Below are positions 18,448-28,090 of a DNA stretch of 64,000 nt, piece by piece. The position numbers and the translations under genes were made by a program. The number at the start of each line of letters is the position of its first letter. Positions within the stretch are counted from its first letter, which is position 1. The DNA is from Candidatus Latescibacterota bacterium (GTDB taxonomy: Bacteria; Latescibacterota; UBA2968; UBA8231): contig OZ253462.1 in the NCBI GenBank assembly GCA_965261395.1, positions 3,360,001-3,424,000 of the forward strand, written 5' to 3'. The notes under the pieces were generated by a model. That model did no database searches, was not told where the DNA came from, and saw only the letters and a list, made by a program, of their open reading frames with translations.

Positions 18448-19736
18448 ACGGCGTCGCCTACTATCAGTCCTGCTTTAACGACCTCGTCGGCACCGGCGCG
18501 CTGCTGTCGCTGCGTCAAAAGTCTATTGAGCACTTCGCCGCTGCTGGCTTTCCGACGACCAAAGACGAGGAATGGGCTTTTACGAACATTGCCCCGCTAA
18601 CTCGGATCAACTTTGCGCTAGCCGATTCCACGACGGCACCTGTCGTTCTCGACGACTACCGCTACGGCCTCAACGGGCTGGTCTTTGTCGATGGCCACTT
18701 TGCCCTCGCGCATTCTCATCTCAACGGCCTATCCGCCGGTGTGCGCGTCGAGCGTTTGAGCGAAGCCATTGCCTCAAACGGCGACCTAGTCTCGGGGTCC
18801 CTAGGCCAGGCCGCTACCACTGAGGACGAGGCCTTTACCGCGCTCAACACCGCCTTCTTGCAAGACGGTGCGGTCGTCTATCTGCCTCGGGGAGCTGTCG
18901 TCGAGCAGCCCATCCACTTGCTGTTTGTATCTACCGGCCAACGTGCCAACGTCGTTTCCCATCCGCGCGTCCTCGTGGTCGCCGAAGCCAACACCCAGGC
19001 GACCCTAGTCGAAAGCTACGTCGGTCTAGGGTCAGAACCGTATCTGACCAACAGCGTCAGCGAATTCTTCGTCGGCCCCAACGCCGTGCTCGACCACTAC
19101 CGGGTCCAGCGCGAGTCCGCCGCCGCCTTCCACATCGCAGCGACCCACGTCCGCGAAGAACGCGCCGCCCAATTCCGCTCGACCGCCATCACCTTGGGAG
19201 GACGCCTGACCCGCCACCACGTCCACACCTCCTTAGTAGGAGAAGGCGTTGACTCCACCCTCAACGGCCTCTACATCGAGGACGGAGCGCAACACGTCGA
19301 TAACCACACGCTCATCGAACACGTCGAGCCTCACTGCCAAAGCCACGAGTTCTACAAGGGCATTCTCGGGGGGCGGTCCACCGGCGTCTTCCGCGGCAAA
19401 ATCCACGTGCACCAAGCCGCGCAAAAAACCGACGCCTACCAAGCCAACCAAAACCTCCTGCTGTCGGAGACGGCCCAAATCAACACCAAGCCCCAGCTCG
19501 AAATCTACGCCGACGACGTCAAGTGTTCGCACGGAGCCACCATCGGCCAGCTCGACGAAGACGCCCTCTTCTACTTGCGTTCCCGTGGCATCGGCCACCG
19601 CGAGGCCGTCCAAGTGCTGACGCGAGCCTTTGCCGGCGAAGTCCTCGACCGCGTGCGCGTTCCCGCCCTCAAAAACCAACTCGACCAACTAGTAGATCGT
19701 CGGCTGGACCAAGCCGCCGCCGGAGTTGCCCCGTGA
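18444..19736 (+). CDS. sufD: Fe-S assembly protein SufD
   Basis: ATGA overlap; FPTTKDEEW, AQKTDAYQ, KPQLEIYADDVKCSHGATIG. Confidence 0.95.
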   Translation: MNGVAYYQSCFNDLVGTGALLSLRQKSIEHFAAAGFPTTKDEEWAFTNIAPLTRINFALADSTTAPVVLDDYRYGLNGLVFVDGHFALAHSHLNGLSAGVRVERLSEAIASNGDLVSGSLGQAATTEDEAFTALNTAFLQDGAVVYLPRGAVVEQPIHLLFVSTGQRANVVSHPRVLVVAEANTQATLVESYVGLGSEPYLTNSVSEFFVGPNAVLDHYRVQRESAAAFHIAATHVREERAAQFRSTAITLGGRLTRHHVHTSLVGEGVDSTLNGLYIEDGAQHVDNHTLIEHVEPHCQSHEFYKGILGGRSTGVFRGKIHVHQAAQKTDAYQANQNLLLSETAQINTKPQLEIYADDVKCSHGATIGQLDEDALFYLRSRGIGHREAVQVLTRAFAGEVLDRVRVPALKNQLDQLVDRRLDQAAAGVAP

Positions 19737-20962
19737 CCGTCCCCCTCGACGTAGCCAAAATCCGCCGCGATTTCCCCATACTCGGCGAGAAAATTCGCGG
19801 CAAGGATCTCGTCTATTTCGACAACGGCGCGACCACCCAAAAGCCGCTGACGGTCATCTACGCGCTCCAGCGCTACTACGCTCGCGAAAACTCCAACATC
19901 CATCGCGGCGTACACTTCCTCAGCCAACAGGCGACCTTTGCCTACGAGCGTGCGCGCGGCCGGGTCGGCCAGTTTATCAACGCCCGCGAGAGCAGCGAGG
20001 TCGTCTTCGTGCGCGGCACCACCGAGGCGCTCAATCTCGTCGCTCACAGCTACGGTCGATCGCAGCTAGGCCCCGATGACGAGATCATCGTCTCGCAGCT
20101 AGAGCACCACTCCAACATCGTGCCGTGGCAAATGCTGTGCGAGGAAAAGGGCGCGCGCCTGCGGGTAGTGCCCATCAGCGATGCGGGCGAGTTCCTCTTC
20201 GACGAATACGAGCGCCTGCTGTCCGAGCGCACCCGTATCGTGGCCGTTGCCCACGCTTCCAACGCCCTCGGCACCATCCTGCCGGTAAAGGAAATCGTTG
20301 CCTTGGCCCATCAGCACGGCGCAGTCGTCGTCGTCGATGGAGCACAAGGAGTGCCTCACCTGCCAGTGGACGTGCAGGACCTCGACTGCGACTTCTACGC
20401 CTTTTCCGGGCACAAGCTCTTCGGCCCCACTGGCATCGGCGTGCTCTATGGCAAGCAGGCTCTTTTAAACGCCATGCCGCCCTATGAAGGCGGCGGCTCC
20501 ATGATAGAAAAGGTCAGCTTTGCCGGCACCACGTATGCCGCCCCGCCGGCTCGCTTTGAGGCCGGCACGCCGCACATCGCCGGCGGCATGGGCTTGGAGG
20601 CAGCCATTGATTACGTCAACTCCGTGGGCCGGGAGCAGATCGCCGCGTACGAGGCCGACTTGCTCGCGTACGCAGACGCCGCTCTCGCCGCCATTCCGGG
20701 CCTGCGCCTGATTGGCACAGCCCGCGAGCGCGTGGCCGTCCTCTCCTTCACGCTCGGCGACATCCACCCGCACGACATCGGCACCGTCCTCGACGCCGAG
20801 GGCATTGCCGTGCGCGCTGGCCATCACTGCGCCCAGCCGACCATGCAATTTTACCAAGTGCCAGCTACGGTGCGCGCCTCGTTGGCTTTTTACAACACGC
20901 ACGCGGAAATTGATGCCCTAGTTGCGGCGTTGCACAAGGTCAAGAAGGTGTTTGGAGGGTGA
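19733..20962 (+). CDS. sufS: Cysteine desulfurase SufS
   Basis: GTGA overlap; YFDNGATTQKP, EHHSN, FSGHKLFGPTG, VRAGHHCAQP. Confidence 0.97.
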   Translation: MTVPLDVAKIRRDFPILGEKIRGKDLVYFDNGATTQKPLTVIYALQRYYARENSNIHRGVHFLSQQATFAYERARGRVGQFINARESSEVVFVRGTTEALNLVAHSYGRSQLGPDDEIIVSQLEHHSNIVPWQMLCEEKGARLRVVPISDAGEFLFDEYERLLSERTRIVAVAHASNALGTILPVKEIVALAHQHGAVVVVDGAQGVPHLPVDVQDLDCDFYAFSGHKLFGPTGIGVLYGKQALLNAMPPYEGGGSMIEKVSFAGTTYAAPPARFEAGTPHIAGGMGLEAAIDYVNSVGREQIAAYEADLLAYADAALAAIPGLRLIGTARERVAVLSFTLGDIHPHDIGTVLDAEGIAVRAGHHCAQPTMQFYQVPATVRASLAFYNTHAEIDALVAALHKVKKVFGG

Positions 20963-21006
20963 GACGTGGGTAGTGGCTTATACGATATTAACGAGGTATT
21001 TCGACT

Positions 21007-21459
21007 ATGACTGAGCTTCGCGATCTGTACCAGCAGATCATCCTCGATCACAACAAAAATCCGCGCAACTTCGGCAAGCTGCCGGAGGCCAATCGCACGC
21101 AAGAGGGTTACAATCCCCTGTGCGGCGATCACCTACACATCTATCTCCACATGGCCGACGAGCGGATTGCCGACATTAGCTTTGAGGGATCGGGTTGCGC
21201 CATTTCCAAAGCCTCGGCTTCGCTGATGACCGCCGCCCTCAAGGGCAAGCGTCCCGCCGAGGCGGTCGAGCTATTTGAGCAGTTCCAGCAGATGGTGACC
21301 GCGGACCCGGACGCGCCCGTCGATCACCAAACCTTGGGCAAGATGGCCGTCTTCGCTGGGGTGCGCGAGTTTCCCATGCGCGTCAAGTGCGCGACCCTCG
21401 CTTGGCACGCCGCCAAAGCGGCCATAGAACAAAACCCGTCTCCCGCATCCACCGAATAG
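21007..21459 (+). CDS. sufU: SUF-system NifU-like protein SufU
   Basis: LYQQIILDH, NPLCGD, GCAIS.ASAS, RVKCATLAW. Confidence 0.95.
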   Translation: MTELRDLYQQIILDHNKNPRNFGKLPEANRTQEGYNPLCGDHLHIYLHMADERIADISFEGSGCAISKASASLMTAALKGKRPAEAVELFEQFQQMVTADPDAPVDHQTLGKMAVFAGVREFPMRVKCATLAWHAAKAAIEQNPSPASTE

Positions 21460-21487
21460 AAACGCGCCATCTAAAAAGGAGTCCTCC

Positions 21488-21826
21488 ATGGAACTGTTGC
21501 ACGAAAAAACCTTTCCCTCCGACTCTACCGAGGCCAAAGTGGTGGCCGTGCTCAAGACCTGCTACGACCCCGAGATTCCGGTCGATATCTTTGCCCTCGG
21601 CCTGATTTACGAAATTGAGGTCAGCGACTCGCAGGACGTCCACGTGACCATGACCTTAACCTCGCCCGCCTGTCCGGTAGCCGGCACGCTGCCGCCGGAA
21701 ATCGAGCACAAAATCAAGGCCCATGTCCCGGGTATCGCCACCTCCTTGGTCGAGGTCGTGTGGGATCCGCCGTGGACGATAGACATGATGACCGAAGGGG
21801 CCAAACTTGAACTAGGCATGATGTAG
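21488..21826 (+). CDS. sufT: DUF59/SufT Fe-S assembly protein
   Basis: YDPEIPVDIFALGLIY, MTLTSPACP, VWDPPW. Confidence 0.9.
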   Translation: MELLHEKTFPSDSTEAKVVAVLKTCYDPEIPVDIFALGLIYEIEVSDSQDVHVTMTLTSPACPVAGTLPPEIEHKIKAHVPGIATSLVEVVWDPPWTIDMMTEGAKLELGMM

Positions 21827-21829
21827 AGA

Positions 21830-21902
21830 AGCAGTGGTTAGTGATCAGTGGCCGGTAGCCAGTCCCTTCCCTAACCGGGGCCACTGGCTACTGATCTCTG
21901 CT
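21830..21902. repeat. Imperfect palindrome built from heptamer repeats
   Basis: cagtggt tagtgat cagtggc cggtagc ... ccactgg ctactga tctctgct. Confidence 0.6.
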
Positions 21903-21918
21903 CAGTGGAGAGATTCTT

Positions 21919-22377
21919 ATGAAACTCAGCTCGAGCGAAGAATACGGCTTGCGCTGCCTGTTGCAACTGGCCCGCCAGACCCCCGGCAGCCTGACCATCC
22001 CGGAAATCAGCCAAGCCGAGGGGATCACCCATCACAACGTCGCCAAGCTCTTGCGCATTCTCCGGCAGGGCGGCTTGGTAGAAAGCGCCCGCGGCCAACA
22101 AGGCGGCTACGCCCTTGCCAAGCCCCCCCACCAAATTGCCGTGGCCGACGCGCTCGCCACGCTGGGTGGTCGCCTCTTCGACGACGATTTCTGCGACCAC
22201 TTCGCCGGCAGCGCTGATTGCTGCACGCACTCGCTCACTGCGTGTTCGGTGCGCGCGCTGTGGGGGCAAGTGCAGCAGGCCGTTGATCAAATCTTATCGC
22301 GCACAACCCTCGCCGACCTGCTCGAACAGGGCTACGCCCTCGCCGACGAAGAGGCCCTGCTCGATATATCGGCTTAG
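21919..22377 (+). CDS. Rrf2-family Fe-S-sensing regulator (IscR/SufR-like)
   Basis: EYGLRCL, S.RG..GGY.LA, Cys cluster FC...DCC......C. Confidence 0.9.
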   Translation: MKLSSSEEYGLRCLLQLARQTPGSLTIPEISQAEGITHHNVAKLLRILRQGGLVESARGQQGGYALAKPPHQIAVADALATLGGRLFDDDFCDHFAGSADCCTHSLTACSVRALWGQVQQAVDQILSRTTLADLLEQGYALADEEALLDISA

Positions 22378-22391
22378 AGGGTGTCGTGCAG

Positions 22392-22649
22392 TTAGTAGTG
22401 ATACCGACAAGACAAGATAAAAAGGGTGTCTGACTCTATGCGGTAAACGAGACGATGTTCTCGAGTAATTCGACGGGACCAACATCCCTGAAAATCATGT
22501 TTCAGAACTTCGGGTTTGCCAAGCCCTGTAAACGGGTTGCGCTGGGTATCTCGAATGAGTTCGTTGATTTTCTTGAAGGTGCTTTTGCTAGTCTGATACC
22601 AGTAGAGATAATCCTGCCAAGCGTCTGCATGGAAGCTAATGTGTCTCAT
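22392..22649 (-). CDS. yoeB: Txe/YoeB toxin
   Basis: AWQDYLYW, RNPFTGLGKPE.LKHD..GCWSRRITREHRLVY, CRYHY. Confidence 0.95.
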   Translation of the reverse strand: MRHISFHADAWQDYLYWYQTSKSTFKKINELIRDTQRNPFTGLGKPEVLKHDFQGCWSRRITREHRLVYRIESDTLFILSCRYHY

Positions 22650-22900
22650 TCCTCGATTAAGTCTCGGGAAGCAAAATTGCGCTGGCCGTGCTGGAAATCC
22701 TCTAGTGCCTTCTGGAGGTGAGCCGCGTTTTTTGGTGAAGAGAGCAGGTAATCTGTCTCGTCCACGCTGCGTTCCTCTTCTTCTTGTAACTTTTTTACAG
22801 CACGATCAATCAAGCTGCATATATCTTCCCCGGTACTTTGCGAAAGCTCCTCTAGTACCGTCTTCTGCTCAGGAGTAAATTCAAATGGAGAAGTGCTCAT
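22646..22900 (-). CDS. YoeB-cognate antitoxin (YefM-like C-terminus, atypical N-terminus)
   Basis: GGAGG RBS; ETDYLLSSPKNAAHL motif; overlaps toxin start. Confidence 0.8.
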   Translation of the reverse strand: MSTSPFEFTPEQKTVLEELSQSTGEDICSLIDRAVKKLQEEEERSVDETDYLLSSPKNAAHLQKALEDFQHGQRNFASRDLIEE

Positions 22901-23100
22901 GGTGACCTCCTTCAATTCTCCGCTTCGCGGTCAAAGGGCAGACACAGACCTCTTCAAGAGGTTCGGCGACCATGCCCATTCCTTGCTCTCACAAGCTAAT
23001 AAACACGGCCCTTTAAGCAACACCACGCGGTTGGCTTGGCTAACCAATTTCTGCGTACAAGGGGCGGTACCCGGAATAATGCACAAGCGTTCTACTCATC

Positions 23101-23943
23101 TCACCCCCGAAACGGATTCTCCTCCTCCTCGGCTCGGTGCCGATAGAGCGGCTTGACCGCCTCTGGCAGAGCCTCGTAGGCCGCCCTCGGCACAATCGCA
23201 TTGTTGCGCCCGCCAAATTCCACGCTCAACCACCACGGACAATAGCGCGTGATAATCGCCACCCTCGGCTCCGGGCTGGGGTTTGCCGCAGTCGAATGCC
23301 AGATCCGGCTGTCCATCACCAGTGCGCTGCCCTCCGGGCCGACGACCTGGATCTCCCCGCGAATCGGCTTGAACTGGTCCATCCGCTCTTCCAGCCCTTC
23401 GGGCGTCTGGTGCATCCGCGGATTGAGCGGGTCGCGGTGACTGCGCGGCACCACCCACGTCCCGCCGGTCTCTGGACCAAACGGCGACAGCATCCACAGC
23501 ACCGATAGCTGCATGGTCGCGTCCGGGAAGGGCTGAGCCACCCGGCCGGCGAAGTCCCCGTCGGTCAGATCGTGCGGCCAATCCGAGTGAAAGCCGCGCC
23601 AGTCCAAGTCCTCGCGGTTGGGCACTTGCGTCTTAAACTCAGTTTGCGCGATCCGCACGTGTCCCCCAAAAACAGCCCGCGCCACCCCCAACAAACGCTC
23701 GTCGCCCAGATACGGGGCAAACTCCGGCAAATACGCGATCAGGCAAACGCCCGGCTCGCCGTTGGGGCCGGTCTGCCGCCCAATGTGCCCGCCCATGGCC
23801 TCGTAGTCCTGCAGCGCCTTTTCGTGCGCTTCTTGCACGTGCGCTCGTACTCGGTCGATGGCGTCCTCTGGAATAATCCGCTCCAAGACGCACCAACCCT
23901 CGCGGCGCAGTTGATCCACTTTCTCGTCTATACCAGCGTCCAT
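23101..23943 (-). CDS. Phytanoyl-CoA dioxygenase (PhyH) family protein
   Basis: FHSDW, GGTWVVPRSH, DSRIWHS. Confidence 0.9.
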   Translation of the reverse strand: MDAGIDEKVDQLRREGWCVLERIIPEDAIDRVRAHVQEAHEKALQDYEAMGGHIGRQTGPNGEPGVCLIAYLPEFAPYLGDERLLGVARAVFGGHVRIAQTEFKTQVPNREDLDWRGFHSDWPHDLTDGDFAGRVAQPFPDATMQLSVLWMLSPFGPETGGTWVVPRSHRDPLNPRMHQTPEGLEERMDQFKPIRGEIQVVGPEGSALVMDSRIWHSTAANPSPEPRVAIITRYCPWWLSVEFGGRNNAIVPRAAYEALPEAVKPLYRHRAEEEENPFRG

Positions 23944-24034
23944 AAGACCTCCTTTTCTCGGTTGCCCAAGCAATTGCGTACTGCTATACTAGACCCACTT
24001 GCCAACGCACCCCACCCTTTTTCCGGACCTTCCC

Positions 24035-25303
24035 ATGCACATCACCGACATCGAAGTTCACGCTATCTGCCCGTCGTATTGCGACTTCAACGCCCTGCCG
24101 TTGGCCCGCTACCACGGCGCGCGCATCCAACGCCGCGCCATCCTCGTCGTCCACACGGACAACGGCCTAGAGGGCCTCGGCGAGAACATCGGCGACGCGC
24201 CAGACGGCGACGCCTTGCGCGCAAGATACATCGGCACCTCGCCCTTTGACTGGATCAACGCCGAGCAGGATCTCGGCATGAACATGGCCTGCTACGACCT
24301 AATGGGCAAACACCTCGGCATCCCGGCGTGGAAGCTGATCGGCCCCAAGGTCCGCTCGTGGATTCCGGTCGCCGCTTGGACCGTGGCGCAGGCCCCGGAC
24401 GCCATGGCCGAAGAAGTGCGCCAAGCTGCCGCTCGCGGCTATCACTGGATCAAGTACCACGTCGATGAAATGCAGGACGTCATCGCCCAAACCGAGGCCA
24501 TGCAGGAGGCGGCCCCGCCCTATTTCAAGATCCACTACGACTTCAACGCCAACAGTAACTACTACACCATGCGCACCATTCTCGCCGAGCTGGTCAAGTT
24601 CCGGGTCGCCGGCCGCTTTGAAGACGTAGTCCAAGGCACGGACGAAGATGCCTACCGCATGTTGCGCGAACAGTGCCCGCTGCCCATCATCGGCCACCAC
24701 GTCCCGCCCGAAGCCATGACCAAGCGCTACGTCGATGGGACCATGGCTGGGCACGCTCCCATCGGCAGTGCGGTCAAAGCCGCCGCCATTGCCGAGCGGC
24801 TCAACATGCCCCTCATGTACCAACAGACCGGTGGCACCATCAACCAAGCCTTCTTAGCCCACGAAGTCGCGGTGTTCAAAATGGCCACCATCGACCACGT
24901 CAATTGCTGCCACCTGTGGCGGGAGGACGTCGTCAAAGACCCCATGCCTGTAATCGACGGCAGCGTCGCCGTGCCCGCAGGGGCGGGTCTAGGGATCGAA
25001 CTCGATCGCGCACAATTGGAAAAATTGGCCGGTGCGGCCCCGGTCGATAAAGGCCGCTTCTTGATCCGCATCCGCTCCGCAGGTGGTCTCACTGCGTATG
25101 TGCGCCACGACCCCGATCCGAACGGCTCTACCGACAATCTGCGCTTCCAAGACCGCCTGCACAGGCAAGGCATCCCCGGGCGGCCCCCTTCGTACGCCAA
25201 CCCGCTCACCACCGAATTCTGGGACGCAGAAAAAGACCCCGAACACTTCGAGGAGCTGTGGCGGGTTACAGCCGACGGCCCTTTATGGAAAAAGGAATAT
25301 TAG
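24035..25303 (+). CDS. Mandelate racemase/enolase-superfamily protein
   Basis: VHTDNGLEGLGE, ACYDLMGK.LGIPAWKLIG, DFN, ED, P.GAGLGIELD. Confidence 0.85.
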   Translation: MHITDIEVHAICPSYCDFNALPLARYHGARIQRRAILVVHTDNGLEGLGENIGDAPDGDALRARYIGTSPFDWINAEQDLGMNMACYDLMGKHLGIPAWKLIGPKVRSWIPVAAWTVAQAPDAMAEEVRQAAARGYHWIKYHVDEMQDVIAQTEAMQEAAPPYFKIHYDFNANSNYYTMRTILAELVKFRVAGRFEDVVQGTDEDAYRMLREQCPLPIIGHHVPPEAMTKRYVDGTMAGHAPIGSAVKAAAIAERLNMPLMYQQTGGTINQAFLAHEVAVFKMATIDHVNCCHLWREDVVKDPMPVIDGSVAVPAGAGLGIELDRAQLEKLAGAAPVDKGRFLIRIRSAGGLTAYVRHDPDPNGSTDNLRFQDRLHRQGIPGRPPSYANPLTTEFWDAEKDPEHFEELWRVTADGPLWKKEY

Positions 25304-25304
25304 G

Positions 25305-26114
25305 ATGAACGAAGACGAAAAGTATTTCTTCGACCTCAACGGCTACATCGTCGTGCGCAACGTCTTGTCAGCCGAGGACATCGCGCTGGCCAACGAGGCC
25401 ATTGACCGCCATGCCGATCAGATCCGCGAGCGCATCGGCGAGCTGTCGCTGTCGGCTGGCTCCAAAGCGCTCGAAGGCAGCACCGGACGCGGTGACCTCG
25501 GCGGCGCGCTCTCGTGGCCCGATCCCTACGGCCGTCCTTTCCGGGACATGTTGGTCAACCCCAAGGTGGTGCGCTGCCTGCACGAGATTTTGGGCACAGG
25601 CTTCCGCCTCGATCACAATCTCGGCATCATCACCATGCGCAAAGGGGCCGAGGGCCACCTCCTGCACGGATCGTCTGGCCCCGGCTTTGACCGCCATCAG
25701 TACTACATCTTCAAAGACGGCAAAATGCACAACGGCCTGACCGTGGCCGCCTACCAACTAACAGATGTCCGCGAGGGCGACGGGGGCTTGTGCTTAATCC
25801 CAGGCAGCCACAAAGGCAACTATCCCTGTCCGATGGCGCTCCGGCGCGGCGAGGCGTATCGCGAATTCATCAAGCCGATTACCTGCAACGCTGGCGACTG
25901 CATCATATTCACCGAGGCCACCACCCACGGTACCCTGCCTTGGACCGCCGACCACGACCGCCGCACCGCCCTCTTCCGCTTCTCACCGGGCAACCTCGCC
26001 TACGTGGCCCACAACTGGCCCGAAGACATGCTCGCCCTAATGACCGACGAGCAGCGCAAGGTCCTCGAACCGCCCTATCACGCACGGCTGGAGCGCCCTG
26101 TGTTGGAAGTGTAG
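25305..26114 (+). CDS. PhyH-family dioxygenase-like protein (HxD replaced by HGS)
   Basis: FDLNGY, GDGGLCLIPGSHK, AGDCIIFTEATTHGT.PW. Confidence 0.85.
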   Translation: MNEDEKYFFDLNGYIVVRNVLSAEDIALANEAIDRHADQIRERIGELSLSAGSKALEGSTGRGDLGGALSWPDPYGRPFRDMLVNPKVVRCLHEILGTGFRLDHNLGIITMRKGAEGHLLHGSSGPGFDRHQYYIFKDGKMHNGLTVAAYQLTDVREGDGGLCLIPGSHKGNYPCPMALRRGEAYREFIKPITCNAGDCIIFTEATTHGTLPWTADHDRRTALFRFSPGNLAYVAHNWPEDMLALMTDEQRKVLEPPYHARLERPVLEV

Positions 26115-26660
26115 CCGTGTCGAATTAAAAAACCCGTATTGACGAAGGAATCGCGCCGATGCACACGCGGGCCTCAATGTGACTGGGACGACGGCGTATG
26201 ATTAGGCGCGGGCATTTCGGGGGAAAAGGCACTCACGGGAAATATTATCTAGGAGTTGGATTAAATGGAAAGGACAACTTGGAGAACAAAGACGCTTGAT
26301 GCCTTCTCTGTCAGCATTGATGAGTTGGAAGGGCTCTGCTCTCGGTTACGGCAGGAGTTTGGCAACGACAACGATGTCCGTACCTATATTAAGTTTGAAT
26401 TCTCAGATGAGCGTCTGAATTTTGACTCAGTTGAGGAAATAAAAAATCACAATATTAATTATGATAAGGTAACGGCATTTACTATTAGCATATACGGAGA
26501 TAATAAGTCTATTCACCTCAATTCATGTAACCCTTCTTTTATTTCGTTGGTTGGGATAGACGCAATTATACGATCGTCATCCGATAAAGAATCGTGGTGC
26601 GCAGGCGTGAATGAGGCAACCGTTTTCTATTTGAAGAGATATAGAGTCTTTTATTACCTC

Positions 26661-27766
26661 GCGGATTCAACTCGTAAGCGCAATTTTGAAATGTCCAGGT
26701 TGAACTTCTGTTTCCTTGCCTAAGATCTCATGTGGCGTTTGAAATGCCAAGCCCTTTCGCGGCCGATGATTGAGCCGATCCATGATGTGGTGTACCTGCG
26801 CCTCGGACAGCGTATCCAGGGCCGTCCTTTTGGGCACATACTGGCGAATCAGCCCGTTGGTGTTCTCGTTGAGTCCCCGCTCCCAGGCATGGTAGGGATG
26901 GGCAAAATATACGACCGCGTCCAACGCCTGGCCGATCGTGGCATGGTGGGCAAACTCTTGGCCGTTATCCGCCGTAATCGTCTCGGTATGCCCCTTATGG
27001 GGAGCGAGCAACGCAATGGTGGCCGCCGCCACGTGCTCGGCCTGTTTGGAGGGGACTTTGCCCAGCAAGGTATAGCGCGAGCGACGTTCGACCAAGGAGA
27101 CGAGGGCGCCTTTGCGCTGGCCGCCCATCACCAGGTCGATTTCCCAATCGCCGATGCGGCTTTTTTCCTCGACGATGGCCGGTCGCTGGTCCATGCTGAC
27201 CCGGTCTTTAATCTGCCCTCGGGCATCGGCCTTTCCATAGCGTTTCTTGCGTTTCTTCTGACTGTGGCGCAGATGGCGATACAACGTACCGCCCGCCTGG
27301 CGATCGGCCTGGATGTGCTGGTAGATGCGCTCCGGACTCAATCGAAGACCGCCGGCCGCCTCCAGCCGACCCGCAATCTGCGCTGGACTCCACTCCTGAC
27401 GCAGATCCGCTTCGATGCGCTCGATGACAGCCGCCGTCATCTTGGTCGCCTTCGCCTTGTGGCGACGACGCGCCAACGCTTTGTGGTGGGCTTGACGGGG
27501 ACGATAGCCGCGCTGCCCTTGATTGCGCCGCAACTCCCGACAAATCGTCGAGGGCGATACCTCCAGCGTCGCGGCGATGCGCTGCTGATCATGCCCGGCT
27601 TTCTTCAGGGCGTAAATTTGGTATCTTTGATACTCGGTCAACTGGTGATACGTTCCCATAAGCGCCTCCGTTGGGAGCTGCGTTTGAAATGGCCAGGGGA
27701 AATATACCAGTTGGCCTTTTCTCTGCCAGCTACCCAAGCGATTGCACTTACGAGTTGAATTCAAGC
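26661..27766 (-). mobile_element. IS30-family insertion sequence
   Basis: IRs attcaactcgtaagcgcaat / attgcacttacgagttgaat; 3-bp TSD ctc. Confidence 0.9.
26667..27659 (-). CDS. IS30 transposase
   Basis: STICRELRRN HTH, GDWEIDL, TADNGQEF, WERGLNENTNGLIRQY, LNHRPRK. Confidence 0.95.
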   Translation of the reverse strand: MGTYHQLTEYQRYQIYALKKAGHDQQRIAATLEVSPSTICRELRRNQGQRGYRPRQAHHKALARRRHKAKATKMTAAVIERIEADLRQEWSPAQIAGRLEAAGGLRLSPERIYQHIQADRQAGGTLYRHLRHSQKKRKKRYGKADARGQIKDRVSMDQRPAIVEEKSRIGDWEIDLVMGGQRKGALVSLVERRSRYTLLGKVPSKQAEHVAAATIALLAPHKGHTETITADNGQEFAHHATIGQALDAVVYFAHPYHAWERGLNENTNGLIRQYVPKRTALDTLSEAQVHHIMDRLNHRPRKGLAFQTPHEILGKETEVQPGHFKIALTS

Positions 27767-28090
27767 CTCATACGTAGACCAGTAATCCGATATATCGGCC
27801 TACTACTATGGTTTGGACATGTAGTATATTCATTTTTCTTATCTAAGATATATGGCATTTCAGGAGTACCATTTTTAATAATAATAGTTTCTCTCTGGGC
27901 AATTGTCTTTACATTTCAATTGCTGCCACCCGGCACAGTCAAGATTCGTCATAAGAATTATGATATCAAGACAATTGCTGCCGTAGTGGTCGCTTGTGCT
28001 GCCATTATAGGTGTTATCTTTAAGGCCATTGACATGCTAGTTAGTAATTAACCAAAACCTTCAACTAAACCCACAGCTTAGGAAGATCCC

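Larger units (their letters stand above)
26265..28051 (+). pseudogene. AT-rich membrane protein interrupted by IS30
   Basis: Removing 26661..27769 restores frame ...VFYYL-IRRPVIRYIGLLLWF... with C-terminal TMs. Confidence 0.8.

Noticed and set aside
17925-19733. Extended ORF-track starts for sufD (17925) and sufS (19523)
   Set aside because: They overlap upstream genes; coupled starts at 18444 and 19733 fit the family N-termini
26730-27758. 342-aa ORF antisense to the IS30 transposase ending in the same IALTS
   Set aside because: Mirror ORF; the shared ending is caused by the terminal inverted repeats
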